Below the pieces are notes generated by a model. That model saw only the letters and a list, made by a program, of their open reading frames with translations. It searched no databases and was not told the origin of the DNA. From an uncultured Candidatus Saccharibacteria bacterium (lineage in GTDB: Bacteria; Patescibacteriota; Saccharimonadia; Saccharimonadales; CAYLGV01), in the NCBI GenBank assembly GCA_964394925.1, contig CAYMZG010000006.1:16256-80255 (forward strand): 64,000 nucleotides of DNA, given 5' to 3'. Of the stretch, positions 18,901 to 26,600 are shown piece after piece. Each line of letters starts with the position of its first letter. The stretch's first letter is position 1. The position numbers were made by a program, and so were the translations under genes.

Positions 18901-19297
18901 GAGCTGGACGAGTGATTACACCGGGGGTATTATCACCTACAAAGATGGCACCACAGCAAACATTGTGAGCGTTAACAGCACCACGAGTATTACGGTAGAT
19001 ACATCAAGAACAATTGGCAGTTCTGAAACATACAGCGTTGAAGGCGGTAACATTAACTGTGCACGTTATTACTACTTCTTCCTTACAATTGATGCTTCAC
19101 AAACCTTTGGTTATCCAGAAGATGTTAATCGTGGTCCGACTCTATACGACCTTTCGCTCTTCTTCACAGCTGATCCAAGCAAGCGCTTAAGGCACGGTGC
19201 AACCTTCACGGGTGGTGAGCTGCAACCTCTTGATACGCCATGTCGAAGAGGAAGTGCAGTCTCTGGTGATCCTAACTACAACTGCCCACTCCCATGA
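12971..19297 (+). CDS. Giant membrane-anchored Kelch-repeat protein with nested poly-glycine domain (2,108 aa)
   Basis: N-terminal basic region plus one hydrophobic helix (AVVCLLLVISILGTVIQPIL). The poly-Gly domain runs from SFVVPSGVSSVTVKLWGGGGGGGGG to GNPGVIVISW. There are about 18 Kelch-blade signatures of the type [YF].[YF]..GG (YLYVIGG, RMYIMGG, TIYVLGG, and so on). Two C-terminal copies of a ~65-aa module are shared with the first giant gene. The ORF ends in a tandem stop, TGA TGA TAG. Confidence 0.9.
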   Translation: MDDIKMRSQRGSFRAAETPRAASARPLNQARDSASSTSTMPSPSHSNGIVSLRNSHKTYWLMRSIGGTASTKLRKKSLKHTSFFRHLKKSRFIRAYSAVVCLLLVISILGTVIQPILDKKPYKMSPQAKALLPAGNPHLAELVKFNAKEASFAYNSGYTGKVNPDSDKAGTGEARVTASFSEDPMKGMSVTDPANQLTIKMTPQFTMLKGKQDQNQILYRLANQDGYLVYTARTASIKEDIVLDSYKGDTARFSYKMELPNGLEARLESDGSVGIYGVSSALLGNVATSTDQDRELLEKARKNGQKSDLISVIPKPLVLDGYKKESTTVKAHFELTDSTLTIVSEGMANATYPLTIDPTVYIASAAQLMKGNNETNADFDVSNDLIQKSRTTGARINDWTNALGLPEALWGQGTAMAGGYVYIAGGKKELKKTYTDKGASSFVVPSGVSSVTVKLWGGGGGGGGGAASGAGGAGGGSGYVTGTLAVTAGETLTLNIGGGGAGGRYDGAGNDAGGGGGGGGYSSIYRSSTALAVAPGGGGGGGARNATAGGAGAPGGNATSATAGGTVGNGGGGGGATSGGGGTAGTAGSNTGTAGGTLVGGEGADGRGAQGADGSGVAGGIGGGADGGSANTVTGTTTYAGGGGGGGGYYGGGGGGAPTSANGNAGGGGGGGVAYTGGLTGATPTAGSTTSPGNSGDADRSYGPVAGGTGGAAGAATADGTAGNPGVIVISWSGSTSVVQTVYWAHINDSTGAIEATNPGNGACSGWCTNSAYNLPAALYGFSMVAYNGYLYVIGGSNSSNTPQSTVYIAKLGANGEPQKWHPTGGTPDYWYSDTALSAARSQFAAVAYNNRMYIMGGLTGTAPGTVVSSDTVQYADIKPMGTFSTWTSTGMSALLSNRYGLTAQVYNDTIYVLGGSTSFGGSTLQTVDYAKLNSDGTMNTWVNTSSIATSGRVTGGGGSFSTIWGAYIYVGGGCSTMNGSGYCTAGATDMQLASINADGSLGSFNTIIGLYNKRVGYTMTAWQGSLFRFGGCISQNTSTGGCDAPAGSSSYGLVNQDGEASTVATSVASGTAPCSGGSPYSCNMPSASVGNVLNEAVIMNGFLYIMGGCTNEACTTVSTGITYQAISSDGTLQKPSSCSGSYTDSYCVSSTSLPVGLAAGATATFNGRMYIVGGFNTDTRIYYTSVNNDGSIAAWSNVDLTTIGAEDVTYAYAYARANPASAGTSPGNLYIFGGCTDGTVGCSNYTDGVYKCLISTTGVPSACSKTANGTQLQIGTVTGTDGNPTSSAGLGAMAGAVYANYIYLIGGLAPGTFGTDLKMTRYAKFDSSNNVVAISGSTWTEDSSHQLSTGRRRGAGFGYNGYIYVVGGFEGTTGVLADIEFAKLNVSDGSWGSWSSSTVTINQRWGLTVPISNSYAYVIGGCINGAAPGSCNRRTNTIQTFQIYNNDSGTASSFTNINNDFTTDTNRWGASSAVLNGKVYVAGGCTSTTDCTTATASVQYASINGNDGSLTSWSAATKGIGDTGSGGQLRAWGKLVAVQGYLYYLGGQTSTATATQSTVYYVKPASSGDISGNWSQASGGIGDTASQAAQARSKFGVAVWNDRIYVLGGLDGSGTPVATNTVYYSPTLTSSGGIAADSWTSDADTLSQSRYGVAVTAYANNLYTVGGIDSSGNYMNDVQYSQINSDGTIDSWVLSTSLPSSIAQAEVFAANGYMYVVGGRSASTSCVPNTLVAPVSANTTIATGNNPTGVGEWYETNVRYAGGRYGAALSYYGGKMYIFGGGCTYPLTGAYSTGNITQSGNTLTGTAGASWSDDLVGATITYLDASTATVVRVISSTSMVVSVSKTIGSAQTYSVAYGKHQYGVLKSQPQLAKYSRMIDTDTDVFPTAWLANGLDNSIGARWQARYRSMHDIDSAVSPSEDCGTSATMTTMTTWGRDVNFGNTTLGNVNSYTPRNGSYYTTGSITQSGTAVTGSGTSWTSDYTGGIITYKDGTTANIVSVNSTTSITVDTSRTIGSSETYSVEGGNINCARYYYFFLTIDASQTFGYPEDVNRGPTLYDLSLFFTADPSKRLRHGATFTGGELQPLDTPCRRGSAVSGDPNYNCPLP

Positions 19298-19305
19298 TGA
19301 TAGCG

Positions 19306-19311
19306 TATAAT
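19306..19311 (+). promoter_or_regulatory. -10 box (TATAAT) 11 nt upstream of ATG 19323
   Basis: Sequence gcgTATAATgagttcgtattATG lies immediately after the stop of the upstream giant gene, implying a very short leader. Confidence 0.35.
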
Positions 19312-19322
19312 GAGTTCGTATT

Positions 19323-20315
19323 ATGAGTGGTAAGGGGAACGATTTTTGGCTTGATGACCCGGACTGGGCTAATTTGCTAAGTAAACAAAATGGTAAGCTC
19401 AGCGCCAAATTGTCACGAGCTCAGCGTAAGCAGCTTAAAGAGGCTCAATTTCAGGCGACATTAAAGGCCCAACAGGCTCAGGCTGCAGCACAACAACCAT
19501 CTGTAAATGCAACAATACATGAGGCGCGCAATAACATGCGCACAGCAAATACGAGGCCGAATCAATACAATCAGAGATATAGTGCACACGGAGCATCACC
19601 ACGCAACACCCAATCGCAAGTGCCCACTACTACTTCAACTCAACCAGTAACCAAAGAAGGCACAAAGAGCGTCAACGTATCCCTCAATCTTACGTTACCG
19701 CACATTAACCTCGGACCAATTAAGAAACATATTGTAAACGGTTATCGTCGGGTCGTACCAACGACTGCAAGGCAACAAGTAAAGAGCAAATACGCCTCAC
19801 TAAGTCGTAAACAACGTATTATTGGCGCCTCGGCATTGGTGGTTGTACTGGTGGCGGTTTTGGGTAGCTTTGTACTCTTTGGTGATACTAAGAACAATCC
19901 AGCAGCTGACACAAAAGATGTGCTTGGAAAACAAACTGTAACAATTGACTTTAAGCCACTATTGCCTAACGGTAGTGAGAGTGAGACATCAGCACATAAA
20001 ACAGCTGTTGATGGTCAAAATCGTCCAATCTACACCTTTACTGACAAAATAGGCATTACTGACCTGACGGTGACTGAACAGCCATTGCCCGAGAAACTAA
20101 AAACTAACACTGATAGTGAGCTAGAAAAAATGGCCAAAGATCTCTACTTAACAGAGGTAATTAACGCATCTAACCCTAAAGCTTACATGGGAACGAGCAT
20201 CAAAGGCCCCCAGACGGTAATTTTTACTAAAAACGGCTTGCTTGTATTTGTTCAATCACAGGCTAAAATCGACAAAGATCAATGGTCAGACTATATCACT
20301 CGACTCGTGCCATAG
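19323..20315 (+). CDS. Single-pass membrane protein: Gln-rich disordered N-terminus, ~135-aa extracytoplasmic C-terminal domain
   Basis: 330-aa ORF with one hydrophobic helix (IIGASALVVVLVAVLGSFVLF). The basic, Q-rich N-terminal half is consistent with a cytoplasmic location. The C-terminal domain (..LTVTEQPLP..GPQTVIFTKNGLLVFVQS..DQWSDYITRL) resembles, from memory, DUF4367-type domains of anti-sigma-factor-like proteins. Confidence 0.75.
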   Translation: MSGKGNDFWLDDPDWANLLSKQNGKLSAKLSRAQRKQLKEAQFQATLKAQQAQAAAQQPSVNATIHEARNNMRTANTRPNQYNQRYSAHGASPRNTQSQVPTTTSTQPVTKEGTKSVNVSLNLTLPHINLGPIKKHIVNGYRRVVPTTARQQVKSKYASLSRKQRIIGASALVVVLVAVLGSFVLFGDTKNNPAADTKDVLGKQTVTIDFKPLLPNGSESETSAHKTAVDGQNRPIYTFTDKIGITDLTVTEQPLPEKLKTNTDSELEKMAKDLYLTEVINASNPKAYMGTSIKGPQTVIFTKNGLLVFVQSQAKIDKDQWSDYITRLVP

Positions 20316-20691
20316 TATTACTAATATTATAAAGCTAGCCATATAATACCAGTTAACAGAGACGGCATTTTGGTTTGCAGGGAGACGCGAACTTACGACT
20401 CGGCAAAAAACATACCAAAACGGATTGCGACCACTTATCCACAATAAGTACACAAAACAGGGGTAAAAACACTTTACAAGCATAAGCCCTCCGCGATAAA
20501 CTGTTAATGATCTGTTAAAAAACAAAAACAACTCACGCTAAGAACAGGGGCAAAACCCATGAGACGCACGAGCCAAAAACAAAAATAGATCAGGAGCAAA
20601 ACGGGGAACTTCTTTATCCGGTACCAAGAAGAACCTGCGCTGCTTGCCAAAAAAACAACACAAAAATCAAAAATAAAGGTCCTCACACCAA

Positions 20692-23600
20692 GTGTCTAAA
20701 ACCAGGCGACCGATTGACATTTTGCGACGTACGCGTCGTAAACCAGGAATAGTCCGAGCTCTACAGCGGGTAGGGTTGGGACTGTTTTTGGTTTTGGTCA
20801 GCCTCGCTGTTATTTCTTATACGCGCGCAGGTGCACGCGTAGGCACATACGCGGGCGTGAGCACACGCGCGTACGCAGCGGGCAGTAGTGAGCTGAACTT
20901 CCAGGCTCGTTTGATGAACGCTTCTGGCGGCATCGTGCCTGATGGCAACAGCTACTCGGTGCAGTTCAAGCTCTACGATGCCGCCAGCGGTGGCACCAAC
21001 GAGTGGACCGAAACACAGGGCAGCATGACGGTGAAGAGCGGCTACCTCAGTGTTCACCTCGGTAGTGTGACACCATTCGGCAGTAGCATCGACTGGAGCC
21101 AGGAACACTGGTTGACCATGAACGTGAACGGCGACGGCGAAATGAGCCCACGCCTCAAGCTTACCGCCGTGCCATACGCTTTTCGCTCTGGTCAGGCCGA
21201 TAAACTCACCAACGGTAGCGGCACGCTGACCGCCAACGACCTGGCACAACTTGCGCCAAGCTCAGTACAAGCAGTCAACACCGCCCTGGCTGCTCTACGA
21301 ATTAACCAGCAGGGTAGTGGTTTGTTGGCACAGCTTCAAGGGAATGGTTCGGATGTGTTCACCGTCGCCAAGACCGGCGATGTAACCAGCACAGGCTCGG
21401 CTAGCTTCGACGGCAACGGCACCTTCAAGGGTGGTCAGTTGACGGTTGGCACGGCGAGCCAGCAAGGAAAGTTGAGCTTGCATGATGGAGCAGGTAATAC
21501 CCTTACACTTCAGAGTGGTGCCCAGTCTGGCAACCTCACATTTACACTTCCAACAAGTTACGGTAATAACCTAGAGTGTCTCAAGACAAACGGCAGTGGT
21601 GTACTGAGCTTTGGTGGTTGTGCACCAGCGAACGCCTACACTAACGGGGGTAATAGCTTTGGGGCTGCAGCTACCCTCGGTACACAAGACAATAACTCGC
21701 TATCATTCGTAACCAACGGTAGTCAGCGAATGCTCCTCGATACTGCTGGCAATATTACCCTGGGCACCGTTGATACAACTGGTTCGCTACTCGTTCTCGA
21801 CACCAAGAGTAATGCTGGTGATCCAACCGGCAGTAACGGTGCTATGTACTACAACTCCTTCATGGGTAAATTCCGCTGTTACGAAAATGGTGGCTGGACA
21901 GATTGTATTAGTGGTGCCTCGGCAAACACTTCTGCCAACTTTGTAAGCGGCTTGCAAAACGTGGCTTCAAACCAAACGGGAGCAGTTGTAGAAACAATGA
22001 TTTTTACAAGTGCTACGGCAGTTTCGAACACAGCCGGAGTAACAGGCTTCACCGCTCCGGCTAACGGTAGCTTCCGCAGCTGTATGGTCAAAAACACCGC
22101 AGCCATCACGGCGGGAACGCTGAGTGTTCGGTGGCGCGTAAATGGTGTGTCGGTTGGCTCGGCTATGTGTACGATGGATTCTACGAACAACCGCCAAACA
22201 GCCGGCACCCTTAACTCGGGTGTGGTCACGTTTAATGCGGGTGATACGATCGGCATCGCCTTCGACACAAGTGCGGGCTTTCTGCCAACCGGAACCAACG
22301 ACTTTACGGTTTACTGGGGTGTTGATTACACGGGCGGTGGCGGTGGCGGTGGCGGTAATGTGTTCGATCTGCAAGACGCCTATGACAACTCAATCAACGC
22401 TTCAATTCTCACTGCCAACAACAAGGATCTCACCGTAAGCTTGGCAAATACGAGTATCGACAGTAACTTTATCGTTGATATACAAAGTGGTTCAACGGGC
22501 GAGTTCAAAGTACAAAATAATGGTACCGATGTGCTGCGCGTGAACAGTAATGGTGATATCACCTCAAACGGTGGACTTACGCTTGGTAATAGCACAAGTA
22601 CCACTGCCGGTACAATTCGTTGGACAGGCCTTGACTTCGAGGGCTTCGACGGGGCTACTTGGAAGTCACTTACATCCGGTGGCGGCGGTGGCGGCAGTGG
22701 CATAAGTAGCAATTACGTTAATCTTGTTAAGCAAACCAACGAAACTGTGAACAACTCTATTGCTCTTCAGGATGATGACGAACTAGCATTTAACATTGGC
22801 GCTAACGAAGAGTGGACATATCGTTTTGTTGTTCAGGCAAACTCGGGTACGGTGCCAGACTTGCGCTTCGCTGTCAGCGCTCCCGCTGGCGCAACCTGTT
22901 TTGTATCATTTAGCGACCCCGAGGGTGCGACGTCTGACGGTCAGTATGGCTGCGGGGTTACATCGGTTAGCATACCGGGCAACGGTGCCGTTGACCTATA
23001 TGAGATTACCGGTTCAGTAAAGAATGGTGCAACGCCGGGAGTTGTTCGCTTGCGATGGGCGCAATTTACGCTTAATGCTTCGAACACCATTGTGTATGCC
23101 GGTAGCTACGTAAATGCGTACCGAACGATTGGTTCTGGTGGTGCTGGTCAGCCATTTGCACAAAGTGGCAATGCTTTTGGCGCAACGGCAGTGCTTGGTA
23201 CTACCGACAATAACGCACTCAACTTTATCACAAATGGCACACAAGTCTTGAGCCTTGCGACAAGTGGCCTGGCAACCTTCCAGGGTGGTGTAACTACTAA
23301 TGGCGCACTTACCGTAAGCAGTGGCGGCCTAGCAGTTACGGGCAATGGTTCGGTTAGCGGTGGTCTCACTATTGGTAGCAGTAATGCACTCAGCATAAGT
23401 AGCAGTGGAGATATTACGGGTACCATGCAGGCACTCAATGGTTCATCAACTGCCAGCGGTGCAGGTACAAATAGTACCAGCCTGGTACTGGCAAGTGTTA
23501 CTAACTTTGACGTTGGTAACTACGTGCAGGTAAGCTCAACCAACTGTACGACCGGCGTGAATGTGTGTTACGCCAAGATTACTGCAATTGATATTGGCAC

Positions 23601-26600
23601 CAACACGCTCACCATTACACCGGCTCTCACATGGGCGAATGGTTCAGTAGTTGTTGAGTATCATGTACCAGAGCTTGGTGGCAGTAACACAAGCCAGCCT
23701 CTGGCAAATCGCTTTGGCCGCGGTTATTTCATCTCAGGTATCGCGACCGGTAACGGCACGACTTACTACAACGAGGACAGCATAACAACGTCACTTACGA
23801 GCTTCGATCTTTTGAATTCAGGTGTTACCACGTTAAACATTGGCGGTTCGGCAACAACCTTGAATCTGGGCAATGCGAGCACCACAACGACCATTAGTGG
23901 TAATGTGCAATTCACCGGTAGCGTGACGGCACCAACTAGCGGCACCTCTGGTTATCTGTCACGTAGTGGTACAACATTATCTCCATCGAATAGCGGCGAT
24001 AACTTTACTACGAGTGGTAATATTTCAACAACTGGAACAGGCGGCATCACCTCAGCCGGCGCGATTTCGGGCGCAACAACCGGTAACACCATTAATGGGT
24101 TAGTCATTAACTCAGGTGCATTGAGTAATATCACTACCTTGAACGCTTCTGGTCTGGCAACGGTGAACGGTCTTGATGCCGGGGCCGGTCAGATTACCAG
24201 CAGTGGTGGTCTCAGTATCACGGGTACCAGCTCAATCAACGGCAACAGCATCTCAAGCACGCAATTTACCTTCGGCGGCGCCGGCACCATTACAACAGGC
24301 AGCAATGGCAACCTCACCCTAGTACCAAATGGCTCAGGTAGCTTAGTATTGAACACGGGTACGGGTGGCACGGCAACCACAAACATTACGACCTTGCAGC
24401 GTACGGCAGCTGGTAGCCTGACATTTGATCTAAATGACACCGGCTCAACAACACTTACCCTTAACAACTCTGGTACAGGTGTAGCGAATCTCAACCTAAC
24501 AGATGGTGGCCTGTACACCGCAGGTACTCAGCGTATTGCTAACGGTGGTGCATTGCAGAATGTAACTGGTGACAACACCAACGGTGTTAGCTTGAACGCA
24601 AACGTTATTACTAGCGGTACGTTGAGCACCGCTCGAGGCGGTACGGGCGTAAATGGCTCAGGTGCTACAAATGGTCAACTACTCATAGGTAACGGCAGCG
24701 GCTTTACGCTCAGTAGTCTTACAAATGACGGGGGCCTAACCATAACTAATGGCGCAGGAAGCATTGGCATAGGGGTCAACTACGGATCAACCAGCACTTC
24801 GGCCGTCCGTGGCGACACTGGCCTCGTTTGTGCTTCGGGTACTGGCAACCTTACTGGTGGTGGCAACACTGTTACTCTTGGTGCTGGCGGCACCTGTAGC
24901 GCGCTTGATACAGCTGCGGCTGTTAGCTTCGGCACGAGCGTTACTACACCTCTCCTTACAACTGCTGGCGCACTCAATATTAATACGGCCAACTCAGCTG
25001 CAGCCAATACGGGTGCCATTACTATTAAGTCAGGTGATGCATCAACGGGTGCCAACTTGAGTGCTGGCACTATCACACTCGATACGGGTACTAAGACTGG
25101 CGCGGGTACAGCACTCATTAATATAGGTAACACAAATGCAACCAGCTTAGTGCTTGGCAATGCCAGCACAACCACAACCTTAAATGGCACAGGCTTAACG
25201 CTTGGCGCAGGTCTTAATACCATTACACGTACTGCTGCAGGTACAACCACCTTCAACTTGGTTGACACAGCAAACACTACATTCGCGTTTACTAACACTG
25301 GTGCAGGCAACTTAAATCTCACCGCCGACGGCACCATTACTGCAGGCAGTGGCTTAACCGTAAGTGCTAATGGTGCATCAATCAGTGGTGGCCTGAATAA
25401 CAACAGCGGTGGTATTAGCGGTGCTGGCTCAATAACCGGCGTTGGTACAAACATCACCGCAACCGCTGGTCTTACGATCGGTTCTGGCGGTACAGGCGAC
25501 CTTACGCTTGATTCAGCTTCGAACAAGTTGGTCATTGCGGCGAATGACACCACCATGCAACGTACTGCCACAGGATCATTTACGATTGATCTAAATGACA
25601 CAGGTGCAACCACGCTTGTTATTAATAACTCGGGCACGGGAGCTGCTAACTTGAACTTGAGCGATGGCGGTCTGCAGGTTGCCGGCACATCAGTGCTTAC
25701 TAACGGCGCTGCTCTGCAAAACATTGCAGGCTTTGGTCAGACATCTGGTAACTTTGCTATGAGTGGCACTGGTACGTTTGCTACGGGTAGTGGTAACGTA
25801 GGTTTGAATGGTGCAACGACCATTTCAACAAATGCCAACAGCACCTCATCATTAACGGTTAATGGTACTACTGGCACGGCTGCCACAGCCATGAACATTG
25901 CACAAACGGGCGCAGCAGGCAACTTGGCCATGACTAACACTGCTGCTACCAGCCAGGCTCTCGTAAGTCTCACGCAAAGTACATCGGCCTACACGGGCAC
26001 AGGACTCCTTATTAATATGGCATCTGGCTCGGGCACCTTTGCAAGTGGTAACTTCGCCGACTTCCAGTTGAACGGTACGAGTCGCTTTACGGTCGATAAC
26101 ACGGGTGCTCTAACTATTAACAGCACAAATGGTAATGCCCTGAAGGTTACGAACACATCAGGTGTCTCATACTTCGATGTTGATACCTCTGGCAACCAGA
26201 TTACTGTTGGTGCAGCCGACGCAACTACGGTACTCTTTGTACTAGACAGCTCATCTACGACCAGTGATCCAGGTGCTGTAGCTGGAGCGATGTACTACCG
26301 CACAAGTGATAGCAAGTTCCGCTGCGCAGAAGGTACTGCTTGGAAAGATTGTCTCACTGGTGCCGACTTCTCGGCCACACTATCTTCAGCCTTTACTGTC
26401 ACAAATGGTGGCTTAACAGCTGTGACCGGCTTCTCGTTCACAGCTACTGCAGGCGAGACCTGGGAAGTTACTGTAAATGGTACTACCTCTGCCAACAATG
26501 CCACCGGTGACATTGCATGTGATCTTATGACTGCAGGTACCTGGGGTACCGGGCAGTCATACAGCCAAGGCGTCCATTACTCGAATGCAGGTGCTATTAC

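Noticed and set aside
20435-20443. A perfect DnaA box TTATCCACA in the long AT-rich spacer about 6.5 kb upstream of parAB, raising the possibility of oriC.
   Set aside because: - It is a single box. A given 9-mer is expected about 0.5 times by chance in 64 kb counting both strands.
- I found no cluster of related boxes, and neither dnaA nor dnaN is nearby.
- It is worth re-checking only with a whole-genome GC-skew analysis.
219-25724. Many long antisense or off-frame ORFs inside the giant genes. Examples are 219-752(-), 2997-3434(-), 6921-7484(-), 14457-14990(+), 21879-22298(-) and 24780-25724(-, 314 aa).
   Set aside because: - Their products are monotonous Pro/Val/Ala/Leu-rich strings.
- They are the mirror image of the GGN/GCN/ACN codon periodicity of the sense frame.
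- They overlap strongly supported giant ORFs completely and have no start signals.
- They are a compositional artefact.
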